Source of the DNA: Bacteroidia bacterium
GTDB lineage: Bacteria; Bacteroidota; Bacteroidia; M30B66
DNA: 64,000 nucleotides
Assembly (NCBI GenBank): GCA_018401705.1
Contig: JAGYKL010000001.1
Location: forward strand, 148,473-212,472
Direction of reading: 5' to 3'
Shown: positions 10,671 through 21,299 of the stretch, piece by piece
Position numbering within the stretch: the first letter of the stretch is position 1
How the letters are laid out: each line of letters begins with the position of its first letter
Notes under the pieces: generated by a model
Told to the model about the DNA's origin: nothing
What the model saw: only the letters and a program-made list of their open reading frames with translations
The model's database searches: none
Position numbers and translations under genes: made by a program

Positions 10671-12134
10671 ATGTTACGACTTGCTTTGTCTATTCTGCTT
10701 ATTTCGCCCTTATTAGGGCGGATAGAAGCTCAATCGCAAACGATGAGTAGCGATACGCTTGAAAAATATATTTCGAAGCTTGTTAAGTTTATAGGAAATG
10801 AGCAGTTAAATAAAACGATTGATGGCTTTGAATACAAAGGAGAATGGCCTGCAAATATTAGAATGCGAACAGGTTTTCTATTGCTAAACAATCCTAAGTA
10901 CGATGTTTATGATTCAAACTGTTTTGCATTAGCAGGAATTCATAATTCATTAGCCAGCACCTTTTTAAAAAGACCTGATTTAATAGAGATCTATCCTATG
11001 CTGGAGAAAGCTCTACCACGTTTACTTTCTTATTATTCGAATGGAGGCTTCAATTTCTGGCCCCAACTTCCGCCCGGAGGGCGATTATACATGTTTCATA
11101 AAAACAAAAAAGAAGGTCTTGTAAGACGGCCTGTTCAGTATAAATTGTACTCACCGTATATCCGAAAAGCTGCTAATGTTGTAAATGATAATGACGATAC
11201 ATCTCAAGGATTACTAGCTCTAATATTACATTCTAAGGTTCAAAAAAAAGCTGGAATAGATAATGATTTCCAGATTCAGTTATCTCCTTTACTAAGTTTT
11301 TGGAGAGACACTGCAAGAGCATCTCAGCATTGGTATAACATTATTCACTTTGATAAACGAGAGTCGGGTGCCTTTTTAACCTGGAGAGCATTAGAAGCTC
11401 CATTCCCATCTTGGAATATTCCGAGACTATTAGTGAATAACGCGACTTTTCTATTGCCCTATAGCACCCTTTATCCTAGAGCATTTACTCCCTATATTCC
11501 ATATGGCTGCAATGATGTTGATGCAGTAGTAAATGCCAATGTTATGACTGCTCTAGCTATTAATGGAGAGTCTTCATCAATAGGTGTGGAAGACGCAGTA
11601 AAGTTCATAGAATCTAAGATTAAGAGAAAAAAATGGAGCCGGGCAGGTATTTATTATCCCAACCGATACAATTTGCATTATTCGACTCTTAAAGCCTATA
11701 GCAGTGGTATTGATCAACTTAAACCAGCAAGTGAGAAGCTGGTTGATCACATAAAAAAAACTATTCGAAAAGATGGTTCATTCAAATCCCGAAGAATCGT
11801 TAATAAAGGCGATGTAGAGCAATCTAGCATCTATGCATTGCATGCTATGCTTCAATTAGGAAATCCATTTGAAAATGGGAATAAAACTTTCGTAGAGAAG
11901 ACCTTAAAGTTCTTGCTGACCAAAGTAAGAAATCATGAAGATGGAATTTGTATCGATGGTGGCATATTTTTTTCAGGGGGAACGGTTATAAGAAACACGA
12001 TGTTTTGGAAATCTGATGTTTATTCTACAGCATTATTTTTAGAATGCCTGGTTATGTATCAGGAATATTTAAAGAATGAGGAAACTTTTAGAAAAGGCTT
12101 AGGTAAAAGTCCTGTGAATCGTGCTTTTGATTAG
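10671..12134 (+). CDS. Secreted hypothetical protein, possible prenyltransferase/terpene-cyclase-like alpha-barrel
   Basis: Signal peptide; DNDDTS, DVDAVVNAN, YYPN and RKDGSF (QW-repeat-like) motifs. Confidence 0.5.
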   Translation: MLRLALSILLISPLLGRIEAQSQTMSSDTLEKYISKLVKFIGNEQLNKTIDGFEYKGEWPANIRMRTGFLLLNNPKYDVYDSNCFALAGIHNSLASTFLKRPDLIEIYPMLEKALPRLLSYYSNGGFNFWPQLPPGGRLYMFHKNKKEGLVRRPVQYKLYSPYIRKAANVVNDNDDTSQGLLALILHSKVQKKAGIDNDFQIQLSPLLSFWRDTARASQHWYNIIHFDKRESGAFLTWRALEAPFPSWNIPRLLVNNATFLLPYSTLYPRAFTPYIPYGCNDVDAVVNANVMTALAINGESSSIGVEDAVKFIESKIKRKKWSRAGIYYPNRYNLHYSTLKAYSSGIDQLKPASEKLVDHIKKTIRKDGSFKSRRIVNKGDVEQSSIYALHAMLQLGNPFENGNKTFVEKTLKFLLTKVRNHEDGICIDGGIFFSGGTVIRNTMFWKSDVYSTALFLECLVMYQEYLKNEETFRKGLGKSPVNRAFD

Positions 12135-12148
12135 TTTTACGCGCCGAG

Positions 12149-13144
12149 ATGTATACCAACCGTTTACTTTTACTATTTGTTCTAGCTTTTTTCTCCGAGA
12201 ACAGTGCGTTTGCGCAAGTTCTGGAAGGAGTTTATGAAGGTTTGGATAACGACAGTAGTTACTACGACATTTATCAATTATCTGAAAATGATACCTGGAT
12301 TGGTGGTGAGTACGGTGTTTTAAAGCGTATGCATTCGGATGGAAGTATAGTAAACATAGACATTCCAAATACTGGTTCAAACATTCTTAAGTTCCTTCAT
12401 CTTGATCATTACATGTATATTTCTGCAGACCACGGCATTATATATAAATATGATTTAGAAACTGGCAATTGCACGGTAACGCAATTTAAAGGATTTAAGC
12501 ATCGTTGTTTTTATGATTTAGCTTACGATGGCAATGGGAATTTAATTGTAAGTGGTGGGAGTTCTGGAATAGGGCGTGGAAAAAAAAGAATTCCAAATGG
12601 CTTTATCGCAACTATCGACACTTCATTAAAACAGCAACCAGAAATTGTTTGGAAAAACACTTTCAAATTTGTTTGGGCATTGGCCCAACATCCACAAAGC
12701 GGAATTTCAGCCGCTGTTTTCAATGGTGTTTCTTCTCGCATTTATCATTCTGAATTTGACAACATAAACAGTTGGGCTCGCGGAGAGAAAGTAAAAGGTC
12801 TGATACACGCTCTGCAGCCAATTGATGGTCGGCTGGCATACAGCGGATGCAGATCAATTAGATATCATAAAACGGGAATCTGGGGCTTCGAGAATAATAA
12901 CAGCACCTATCGTCAGGTTGAAGATGCTGGAATAATTTGCAATCTGCTTCAAATAAAAGGGAAGATTTACGGCTTTAGTTCTCAAGGTAATTTTTATCGT
13001 CTCAGCGAAGATGGTAATCAAGAAGCCCCTCTTTATCAAACGCATGATGGTTTTGCTTTATACGAAGCTATTATGAAGAATGACGATACTGTGATTGTAG
13101 TTGGTCATGGTAAATCAGCTTTTATTCTAAAAATAACAGAATAA
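12149..13144 (+). CDS. Secreted hypothetical protein, probable beta-propeller
   Basis: Signal peptide; repeated strands such as WIGGEYG, YISADHG, IVVGHG. Confidence 0.55.
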   Translation: MYTNRLLLLFVLAFFSENSAFAQVLEGVYEGLDNDSSYYDIYQLSENDTWIGGEYGVLKRMHSDGSIVNIDIPNTGSNILKFLHLDHYMYISADHGIIYKYDLETGNCTVTQFKGFKHRCFYDLAYDGNGNLIVSGGSSGIGRGKKRIPNGFIATIDTSLKQQPEIVWKNTFKFVWALAQHPQSGISAAVFNGVSSRIYHSEFDNINSWARGEKVKGLIHALQPIDGRLAYSGCRSIRYHKTGIWGFENNNSTYRQVEDAGIICNLLQIKGKIYGFSSQGNFYRLSEDGNQEAPLYQTHDGFALYEAIMKNDDTVIVVGHGKSAFILKITE

Positions 13145-13518
13145 GAACCTTTGTATAGTTTGGCCAATTATGCCAGCATTGCTCATCTCAACTTGCTTGT
13201 GTTTAATTTAGTAAATACACACAAATAACTGCAGGTATACTTAAAAATGCAGGGAATTGCCTAGCTCTCAATTAAGAATAGCATATGCCCGTAAGCGAGG
13301 TTAGCTAAACTATGCTTTCAATAACAACTGGCTGTTTTAAGTTTAATAGTACTTTTGATTTGGTAGTTAATTGATGAATTGTTAAGCATAGTTCAACTAA
13401 TTAAAGAGCTGCAATCGAAAGTTATGTTCTTGAATTAATTTAAAGTATCACAGAGCTTTATGCTGAAATGTTGCAAGCTTGCTTAATGCAAATTGTTTTC
13501 CATAAGAATAGATAAAGC

Positions 13519-13550
13519 AAAAAAAAGCCGGACACATGTGTTATCCGGCT
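13519..13550 (-). terminator. Intrinsic terminator of the PPIase gene
   Basis: AGCCGGA/TCCGGCT stem with an A-run on the + strand (U-run on the - strand). Confidence 0.8.
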
Positions 13551-13572
13551 CACTATTTATTTTTGAAGCTTC

Positions 13573-15702
13573 TTAGAAGAACTTGTATCGTTTGTCTTCA
13601 ACATTAGCAATTTTTCTAAGGGCTGTATTTACAGTTGATTCAACACGACCTGAAATTGATGAACTTAAAGTTTTCTTCTGTTCAGCCAAATCCTCAGGAA
13701 CTTCAACTTTTTGCAAGTCGCTAACAACAATAAGGTATGCACCAGCTCTTCCCTGAATTGGTTCAGAAATTTTCTGTGTTGGAATTGCGAATGCTTTTCC
13801 AATAAGCCCTGGTTCAACACCTGCGCTTGGAACAGAATATGAACCAAACGTGAAAGAAGATGTGTTTACAGGTAATCCAATTTCGGCAGCAACAGCATTT
13901 AAATCAGACTTTCCACTGCTAGCTTTTACAAATTCTGCTGCAAATGATTCAGCTTTTTTATCTCTAATTACCAAAGGTGTTAAATCAGCCTTAAGCTGTT
14001 CGTAAGGAGGAAATCCTTTTTCTTTAATTCCAACCAAAGCAGCAACAACATATTTACCATCGAAATCAAAAACCTTAGAAACATCATTTACTTCGCGCTC
14101 AGGGTTAAATGCCCACTGAACAAGTTCTCTTGAGTTTCCTAAATCATTTATGCTTCTATCTTCAGCTCTAAGGTTATCATAATTTACGATAAAGATGTTT
14201 CTTTCCTTAGCTTCTTTTTGAAAAGCTTCATAGTTCTGAGCGTTTACAGCGAAATCATTTGCTTTGGCATAAAACTCATCAATGGTTTTGCTACTTGGCT
14301 CAATTTCACGAGATAGAATCAAAACATTCGCTTTAGCGATTGGACTTGTTTTCTCTTGAATATTAATCAAATGGGCACCAAACTGAGTAGTTACAGTTAC
14401 CAAGTCGCCTACCTTGCCATTAAAGCAAGCATCATTAAATTCAGGAACCATTTGACCTTCTGTAAACCAACCTAAATCGCCTCCCTGAGCTCCTGAACCT
14501 GGATCTTCAGAGAAAGTACGAGCTAATTCAGCAAAATCGGCACCCTTGCTAACTGCATTCTTTAATGAATCAGCTTTTGCAAGAGCTGTAACTGGATCAA
14601 CATTCTGAGTTGATATAAGTATGTGTCTTGCTTTAACAGAATCTGAAGATGTTGTGTAACCTCTTAGCTTGATTAACTTGATTCCGTCGGCTTCTTTGAA
14701 AGGGCCGTAAACCATTCCAATAATTGCTTCAGGACCAAATACTGCATCATTCATTTGCGGGCTCAATTTACCCGGCTTAAATGTTTGAACTTGAAAGCCT
14801 TTCTCATTATTTAAGTTCAAAAAGCTAGTATCATTTGGAGTACTTTGAAATTCTTCTTTCAAAGCAACAACATCTTCAACAACATTCTGTCTGTCCTCGT
14901 CTGAAGGATTTACTTGAAAAACAACATAATCAACTTTACGAGTTTCAAGCTCTTGCTCGAATTCATACTTATGATTATTGTAATATGTTTTTAATTCTTC
15001 ATCAGTAACTGATATTGTTGAATCAGCAACAGAATCATATCTTTTGGTAATAAAATTAATGTTTGCAGTTTGATTCTTGTTGACATAATCTCTCTTAGCC
15101 TGAGCGTTTGTTATGTAAACAGCCTTCTTGATTAGATTGTTATACTTAGCTTTTCTTCTCATAAGCATTAGAGACTCTTCAAAATCAGCCCAAGAATCAC
15201 GGTAAATACCATCAGGGTCGTTCTCCTCTGACAACTGAGTCTTGATGAATTTCAGTACGAGATTACGATCAAACTCTTTCGTGGCCGAATCCTGAAATGC
15301 AGGAATTTGTTTAACTTGAGGATCAACATCCTCTCCTTGAATCATATCAAATAATTCGTCGGCAGAAACTTGAACACCGGCAGCATCCATTTCTTCATTA
15401 AAAAGATACTCATCAAGATACTCGTTCCATACTTGATTAATTAATTGCTGACGTGTATTATCGTCGATACCACTAAGTCCTTGGTTTCTTTTTAAATTTT
15501 CTTCAGCAGTGGTTAACCTGCGTTGAAATTCCTCTCCATCAACGGTTTTACCGTTAATTTCGCCAATTGCAGTTGCGTTTCCTTTGAAAATCGAATTTCC
15601 AGAGGAAAACATATCCTGCATAACAAAAGAGAAAAGAGCAAGACCGATTACGATTAGAACTATCGTTCCCGCTTTTGAGCGAATGCTTTCTAGAACAGCC
15701 AT
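13573..15702 (-). CDS. Peptidyl-prolyl isomerase/chaperone, PpiD/SurA-N family
   Basis: MAVLESIRSK N-terminal anchor; parvulin motifs ARHILI and GGDLGWF..GQMVPEF. Confidence 0.92.
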   Translation of the reverse strand: MAVLESIRSKAGTIVLIVIGLALFSFVMQDMFSSGNSIFKGNATAIGEINGKTVDGEEFQRRLTTAEENLKRNQGLSGIDDNTRQQLINQVWNEYLDEYLFNEEMDAAGVQVSADELFDMIQGEDVDPQVKQIPAFQDSATKEFDRNLVLKFIKTQLSEENDPDGIYRDSWADFEESLMLMRRKAKYNNLIKKAVYITNAQAKRDYVNKNQTANINFITKRYDSVADSTISVTDEELKTYYNNHKYEFEQELETRKVDYVVFQVNPSDEDRQNVVEDVVALKEEFQSTPNDTSFLNLNNEKGFQVQTFKPGKLSPQMNDAVFGPEAIIGMVYGPFKEADGIKLIKLRGYTTSSDSVKARHILISTQNVDPVTALAKADSLKNAVSKGADFAELARTFSEDPGSGAQGGDLGWFTEGQMVPEFNDACFNGKVGDLVTVTTQFGAHLINIQEKTSPIAKANVLILSREIEPSSKTIDEFYAKANDFAVNAQNYEAFQKEAKERNIFIVNYDNLRAEDRSINDLGNSRELVQWAFNPEREVNDVSKVFDFDGKYVVAALVGIKEKGFPPYEQLKADLTPLVIRDKKAESFAAEFVKASSGKSDLNAVAAEIGLPVNTSSFTFGSYSVPSAGVEPGLIGKAFAIPTQKISEPIQGRAGAYLIVVSDLQKVEVPEDLAEQKKTLSSSISGRVESTVNTALRKIANVEDKRYKFF

Positions 15703-15814
15703 TTGTAGATATAAATCAAGGTTTTTTCAGGGCTGCGAATATACGACTAAATCGAAATATTCCTAATGCCCTATTTTTTATCGTTTGGGTTAATTTTCAG
15801 GGAGCCAATAAGCC

Positions 15815-16030
15815 TTATTGATCATTGTCATTTTTTGATGCTTTTTCGATTCTTCTTCGTTGATACCTTCTTAAACCGAATAATATTCCACCGCAAAATG
15901 CGGTGAATAAAGGAAATTTACCCTGATCCCAATTTCCTTTGGAAATAAACCAGGTGGCAAACAACAATGAAAATATGGCGAAAACCAGCCAAAATCTTTC
16001 CATGAACTTAAACATCTTATGTTGATCCAT
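15815..16030 (-). CDS. Small membrane protein (2 TM)
   Basis: Two TM helices and an RRYQRRR tail; directly downstream of lptC. Confidence 0.7.
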   Translation of the reverse strand: MDQHKMFKFMERFWLVFAIFSLLFATWFISKGNWDQGKFPLFTAFCGGILFGLRRYQRRRIEKASKNDNDQ

Positions 16031-16045
16031 ACTGTAAAATTTTTC

Positions 16046-16588
16046 TTATTCTTTCAAATCTATAACGCCTCTAACTTTGAGAATTCTGTAACGTGAGAAA
16101 TCCTGATTCGATTCAAAACCGTCACCAAAAATAACCCTGTCGGGCGATGTAATTTTAGTAAACACTTCAGAATGAATCCTATCTTCTTTTTGTTCCCAGA
16201 TAAGATGCTCCGTTTCAAGTTTGTCGCCTGACGTGTTTTCGACAACTACATTGTTTCTAGCTTCCAGCCTGTCTTCTTTTGTGTAAGAAACAGCATAATT
16301 TGCTTTCATCTTTGATTCAAGTTTGCCAGTAGCATCAAAAAACTCGATGTTAATCCCTTTATCGAAAACAACTTCTGATTTTTCACCCATGTAAGTTTCG
16401 CGAAGAGGAGCCTTGATCTTTGCCCGCAAACGGGCAGAATCAGAATAAGTCATTTCCACATTTTTTGTTGAGGAAACTGGCAATACAACTTCTTCTGTGA
16501 GTCTTTTTACTTCACCCAAATCATTCGTGCAGGAATAAGTCACTAAAAGTGTGAATAAGCTAACTATAAAAAATACTATTCTAATCAT
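16046..16588 (-). CDS. lptC: LPS export periplasmic protein LptC
   Basis: Lipobox YSC, YSDSA, LETEHLIW, GDGFES; usual coaX-lptC context. Confidence 0.85.
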   Translation of the reverse strand: MIRIVFFIVSLFTLLVTYSCTNDLGEVKRLTEEVVLPVSSTKNVEMTYSDSARLRAKIKAPLRETYMGEKSEVVFDKGINIEFFDATGKLESKMKANYAVSYTKEDRLEARNNVVVENTSGDKLETEHLIWEQKEDRIHSEVFTKITSPDRVIFGDGFESNQDFSRYRILKVRGVIDLKE

Positions 16589-17966
16589 ACTGAAGCTTCC
16601 TAAACCATCTATCATTCAGAGAGAATGAAAGTGAAACTCTAAGGTAGTCTTCAACGAGTGGGTTAGTTCCTTTAAGCCCTCTTCTACCAACTCCAATTGC
16701 AAGATTAAGCACGCTAGTTGCAGATCTAGTGTTGTAAGTTCTTAACGTTACCGGCAAGCCGAATCCAATTGAAAACCCATATTCAGGCACTGCAGCTCCA
16801 TTAATTGATAGCATACCATCAGAATAACTTGCTCCAAATCTGTATCTAATTCTTTTGAAGTAGCTTGACTTGCTTCCATTATTTGTCGGCAATGGATTAA
16901 TTTGGAATCCGAGCGCAGCTCGATAACTTGAACGCACAGAATCTCTCAAGTTAAATAACTTAAAGTTATCCCAGTCGGTATATACCATTTCAGCAGTTAA
17001 AAGCCACTTATTAGCACTGTTACTAAGTGTGATACCAGCACCATACTGCATTGGAAAATTAACAACACCCTTAGTTTTATCGTTAAGAGCTATGGTATCG
17101 TTAAACGCTCCACTAACAGAAGGAGAATTGCCAAAGAAAGACTCTGCCAGATAAGAATAGCTGCCATTTACTCCAATTAAAGGCTTAAATGTTCCACCAA
17201 AGGTGAGATGCAAAGAATCTGACTTCACTTTATTTTTTTCTCCATCTACATTTACAGTAGTCTTGTGTTTTCTGAAGTACTTTCTATACATCAGCCCTCC
17301 TTGGAAGTCAAAACCACCCAAGCGGTTACTTCTGGTTATTAATGAATTTTTATCACCATTGCCAATGCCCTCTGAAAACAATACTCTTGAACTGTAGTCA
17401 ACTCTTCCGAAAAGATACCTACCTGTTAGACCAAGGCTAAAATTCTTGCCTATTTTAAAGCCATTTGTCCATGAAAAGCTTGAGTATCCTCCTGTTCCCG
17501 CGTAGCTTAAGTAAATATCACCGCTTTGATCATCAGGAATTGTATCTCTTAAAATATATCCAACATTTGAGAGAGGATTCAAAGCAAAAGCCATGTTCCA
17601 CTTACTTTTTACTATGGGAAAAGCCAGTCCAAAATATCCAAACCCAGCAGTTCTGCCCGAAGTAACATTATTTGAGAAGGTATACTGAGTTGCTGTTCCG
17701 TTTAAGCCGGCTTCGAAAATAGTAACGCCACTTTCTAGTGAAGCGAGGGCAGCCGGTTGATTCAAGTTAAGAATATTTGAATCGGCAATTGCTTGTGAGG
17801 CGCCTCCAAGAGCTTGAAGATATGGTGAAGCTGTATGCTGTTGGTCACCTAAGCCAAAACGCCCGTATGGAGATTGACTTAGGGTTTGAGCTTGAAGCAG
17901 GTTAAAGGTTGCAAATAAGAGAGTGATGAATAGCAGCCTAAGATGCCTGATATAATAAAATTTCAT
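16581..17966 (-). CDS. Outer-membrane beta-barrel protein (FadL-like)
   Basis: SPYGRFGLG N-terminus, NQPAAL, C-terminal LNDRWF. Confidence 0.75.
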   Translation of the reverse strand: MKFYYIRHLRLLFITLLFATFNLLQAQTLSQSPYGRFGLGDQQHTASPYLQALGGASQAIADSNILNLNQPAALASLESGVTIFEAGLNGTATQYTFSNNVTSGRTAGFGYFGLAFPIVKSKWNMAFALNPLSNVGYILRDTIPDDQSGDIYLSYAGTGGYSSFSWTNGFKIGKNFSLGLTGRYLFGRVDYSSRVLFSEGIGNGDKNSLITRSNRLGGFDFQGGLMYRKYFRKHKTTVNVDGEKNKVKSDSLHLTFGGTFKPLIGVNGSYSYLAESFFGNSPSVSGAFNDTIALNDKTKGVVNFPMQYGAGITLSNSANKWLLTAEMVYTDWDNFKLFNLRDSVRSSYRAALGFQINPLPTNNGSKSSYFKRIRYRFGASYSDGMLSINGAAVPEYGFSIGFGLPVTLRTYNTRSATSVLNLAIGVGRRGLKGTNPLVEDYLRVSLSFSLNDRWFRKLQYD

Positions 17967-18675
17967 TTAGTCCTTTTAATGTGAGCCAAGGTTCGGGTAT
18001 AACGCTGGTTTTTAAAGTTCGTTGTAAGAGAGGGTAATCTCCGCCGGTAACGATAACTACAAGGTCTTTGTGAGTCATCTGATATTGTTCAAGAATTCCT
18101 TTTACTTCAGCCAACGCTCCGTTGATAACGCCTGAGTGAATTGATTCTTGTGTATTTTTTCCAACAAGGTAAACAGTTTCTGTTCTTTCGAGGAGTGGTA
18201 ATCTGGCAGTGAATTCGTGTAAGGCACGGAAACGCATATCAATTCCTGGAGAAATTGAACCTCCGAAATATTCGTTGTTTTTGGTTATAAAATCAAATTT
18301 GATGCAGGTTCCTGCATCGATAACCACAATTGGCTTGGAAGGAAATGCTGCTGCCGCTGCGATAGCATTCGCTAATCTATCTTTACCAAGGGTTTCAGGA
18401 GTTTCGTATTTGTTAATAATTGGAATTCCCGATGATGGTTCAAAATAAACAGCCTTAAGCTTAGCGATCTTTAAAAAATTATTTATCTGCTTATTTTGAC
18501 CACTTACTGAGCTTATGAGAGTTTGCTTAGGATCGGATGCCATGAGCCTGAGCAAGGCTTCTTCAACCGCCTCTGGATCTGTCCAAGATGCTCTTACTGA
18601 GCGGATAAGGGTCTTCCCTTGAAAGCAGGCAGCTTTCATTGCGGTATTTCCAATATCGATAACCAGGTTCACCAT
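17938..18675 (-). CDS. coaX: Type III pantothenate kinase
   Basis: IDIGNT, LGKDR, IDAGTC, GGSISPG, TGGD. Confidence 0.95.
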   Translation of the reverse strand: MVNLVIDIGNTAMKAACFQGKTLIRSVRASWTDPEAVEEALLRLMASDPKQTLISSVSGQNKQINNFLKIAKLKAVYFEPSSGIPIINKYETPETLGKDRLANAIAAAAAFPSKPIVVIDAGTCIKFDFITKNNEYFGGSISPGIDMRFRALHEFTARLPLLERTETVYLVGKNTQESIHSGVINGALAEVKGILEQYQMTHKDLVVIVTGGDYPLLQRTLKTSVIPEPWLTLKGLNEILLYQAS

Positions 18676-18789
18676 TTTTTATTTTAACAGGGCAAAGATA
18701 GAATTAGAAAAATGCTAACCGATGATTTTTTTTTTGGTGGAATGCTAAAAAAACTATTTTTGCACCCGCTTCGATTGAAAGCAAAGGTT

Positions 18790-18862
<73 letters not shown>

Positions 18863-18866
18863 CTTA

Positions 18867-18906
18867 AAACGGAAACGCTAGAGAAATCTAGGTTTCCGTT
18901 TTTTTT
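18867..18906. terminator. Terminator after tRNA-Phe
   Basis: AAACGGAAAC..CTAGA/TCTAG.GTTTCCGTTT stem followed by a T-run. Confidence 0.75.
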
Positions 18907-18957
18907 ATGATTAAATTAACGGTTGAATTTTCCTTCCGCCGACAGGCGAAAAACACC

Positions 18958-19611
18958 TTAAAGCCACTCAATTGAGTTACGGCCGGTTTTAACTAAACCT
19001 CGATTTTCCATCTTTTTTACAAGCCGAGAAATGACTTCTCGGGAAGAATTTAGGTCATTTGCTATTTCCTGATGAGTAATTGCAAGCACATTATGACCCA
19101 ATTTTTTAACCTTATTTTTCAAATAGAACTCCAATCTCTCGTCCATACTTCTAAAAATCACCTGATCTACCACCTCTAATAAATCTTCTAAGCGACTTCT
19201 ATAAGTTTCAAGAACAAAATAGTACCAGCTTTTATAATGTTGCATCCAGGAATCCATATCGTCGAGAGGTATAGCAATTACAGTGGTATTCTCAACCGCT
19301 CTTGCTCGCAACTCGCTCTGTTCATGCTTTAAAGCACAAATCATAGAAAGTGCGCAGGCTTCACCAGGAGTTATCATATAAACAAGGAACTCGTTACCGT
19401 CATCGTCTTCACGATACATCTGAACGGCTCCTTCAACTACCAAATAAGTTGAACGGAAATATTGTCCCTTTTCGAGAAGTAGATCGCCTTGCTCAAACGT
19501 TTTTAGCTGAGCCTTCTCAGCCATTTTTTGTCTCAACTCAGGTTCAAGGGTTAAAAAGAAGGTGTTCAGATATTCATCAACTGATTTTAGCTCTCGGGTT
19601 TCTGCTTGCAT
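18958..19611 (-). CDS. Crp/Fnr family transcriptional regulator
   Basis: cNMP-binding-type domain plus HTH THQEIANDLNSSREVISRL. Confidence 0.93.
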   Translation of the reverse strand: MQAETRELKSVDEYLNTFFLTLEPELRQKMAEKAQLKTFEQGDLLLEKGQYFRSTYLVVEGAVQMYREDDDGNEFLVYMITPGEACALSMICALKHEQSELRARAVENTTVIAIPLDDMDSWMQHYKSWYYFVLETYRSRLEDLLEVVDQVIFRSMDERLEFYLKNKVKKLGHNVLAITHQEIANDLNSSREVISRLVKKMENRGLVKTGRNSIEWL

Positions 19612-19660
19612 GACTTTGCTTAAATGTTATGTAACACAACAAAAGTAAGCTAAGTTTATT

Positions 19661-21244
19661 TTACCTGTTTAAAAGCAGCTTTTTAGAATGAATAAAGCCT
19701 TGGTGAGTGATGCGACAAACAGCAACTCCTTTTGATGAATCAATAGCTGTATATGGAATTAACTTACCTTGAGACAAATCGGTTTCATCAAGTGTGAAAA
19801 TAGCTTTTCCTGATGCATCCAGAATATCAACATGAATGTTATCTCCTTTGGAGGATGGAACCTGAATAAATATTCCTTCGGCGGTTTGGTTAATCACAGG
19901 CTTCGAAGCTGCATTTTGCATTTGAGCTTTTAGCACTTCTGTATTAATGAAGACTTCGATAATCTTATCTGAGGCCATTGTAGTGCCTGTGGCTTGCATA
20001 AAAGTATTTTTCGAATCACTTACAATTCCACCAACAATACTTCCTACATGAATTCTTCCTTGCGGAAGCAAATCGAGATTCAAAATGAGATTTTGATCGA
20101 AAGGGGCTGATAAATCAGGGATGAAAGAGGCAGAAGCTCCTGCAAACTCATCAAGTTGAACAGGTAACCACCCTTCAATTATCCCATCAGAATCTTGATG
20201 GATAAGGCTTATTGTTTTCGTAAATGGCACCAAAGAATCTTGAATAATTTGATTATTTTCTCCCAGATAATACTCTCCAATTCCACCGAAAAACAAAGTT
20301 TGCATGGTGTTATCAATTGCAGAATGCATAGGCAAAAATGCAGTATGATATTGATTTAGCAGCTGAGTGAAAGATGAGTCAACTTCATACCCGTTTTCAT
20401 TAAAATGAATTGAGGTTTTATGTGGAAGGTTAACATCTCTTTGAAATACACCAGTAAAAACTGTAAATCCAAAAGAACCATCAGGGAAAATCTGAGGCGC
20501 AAGATTATAATCTCGTCTGTGAAAATGATCCTGATTCCACCATGCATCATAATTTGAAATAGCTATTCCACCTCCGTCTTCGGTAATTTCAAAGAATCTG
20601 ATTTCGTCGGTATATGTTTGGGTATAAGAACCACCATTAAAAGGATTATATCTTCCATCGAAACGATGACCAAGAGTAAGGAAGTACTGATTACCAATAT
20701 GTCCGAGGTAACCTCCGCAAACAGCCATACGATCGTCTTCTATTCGTTGAAAATATTCACCTATTGGTTCTGAATTTTCAATAGCTCCGATTAAACCCGG
20801 TACGTCAATCCACAAAGCTGAAGGAAATGTCTTGTAAGCTCCGTCAATATTGCTGTAACCATAACCTCCAACTAGAAGCAAGTTATCTTCGAACTGATGA
20901 AATTCAAGATTTGAGGATGAAACCTGTTCTGCAACTTCTGGTGGCAAACCGTTTACTGAAACAAAACTCACATTTCCGTTAGATGGGTTGTAAACAAAAA
21001 TCTCTGTGTTCTGATTAATTTCAGGAAAAGCAAACGGAGGTTGAAATGCATGCAAACCGTTATTTCTGCCGCTCATTAATAGCCATTTTCCTTCATGTTG
21101 CGCCCAGCAAAACGATTGAAGAGCTGGAAAATCCAGCGGTTGAGACGTTTCGAACTCTACCGGAAAATTGATTTGTTGTGGCTGAGCAACAGAAGTATTA
21201 ATTAGTGTTAGGATAATTAACTGCAGCAGAATAGAGATTCGCAT
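19661..21244 (-). CDS. Secreted protein with a degenerate T9SS C-terminal domain
   Basis: Signal peptide; Kelch-like GG strands; C-terminus ILDASGK...KKLLLNR. Confidence 0.7.
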   Translation of the reverse strand: MRISILLQLIILTLINTSVAQPQQINFPVEFETSQPLDFPALQSFCWAQHEGKWLLMSGRNNGLHAFQPPFAFPEINQNTEIFVYNPSNGNVSFVSVNGLPPEVAEQVSSSNLEFHQFEDNLLLVGGYGYSNIDGAYKTFPSALWIDVPGLIGAIENSEPIGEYFQRIEDDRMAVCGGYLGHIGNQYFLTLGHRFDGRYNPFNGGSYTQTYTDEIRFFEITEDGGGIAISNYDAWWNQDHFHRRDYNLAPQIFPDGSFGFTVFTGVFQRDVNLPHKTSIHFNENGYEVDSSFTQLLNQYHTAFLPMHSAIDNTMQTLFFGGIGEYYLGENNQIIQDSLVPFTKTISLIHQDSDGIIEGWLPVQLDEFAGASASFIPDLSAPFDQNLILNLDLLPQGRIHVGSIVGGIVSDSKNTFMQATGTTMASDKIIEVFINTEVLKAQMQNAASKPVINQTAEGIFIQVPSSKGDNIHVDILDASGKAIFTLDETDLSQGKLIPYTAIDSSKGVAVCRITHQGFIHSKKLLLNR

Positions 21245-21299
21245 ATGAGATGGTTAGTTGATTTAAGCGACAAACTTATTGTAAACTCATAGTTGGCAA

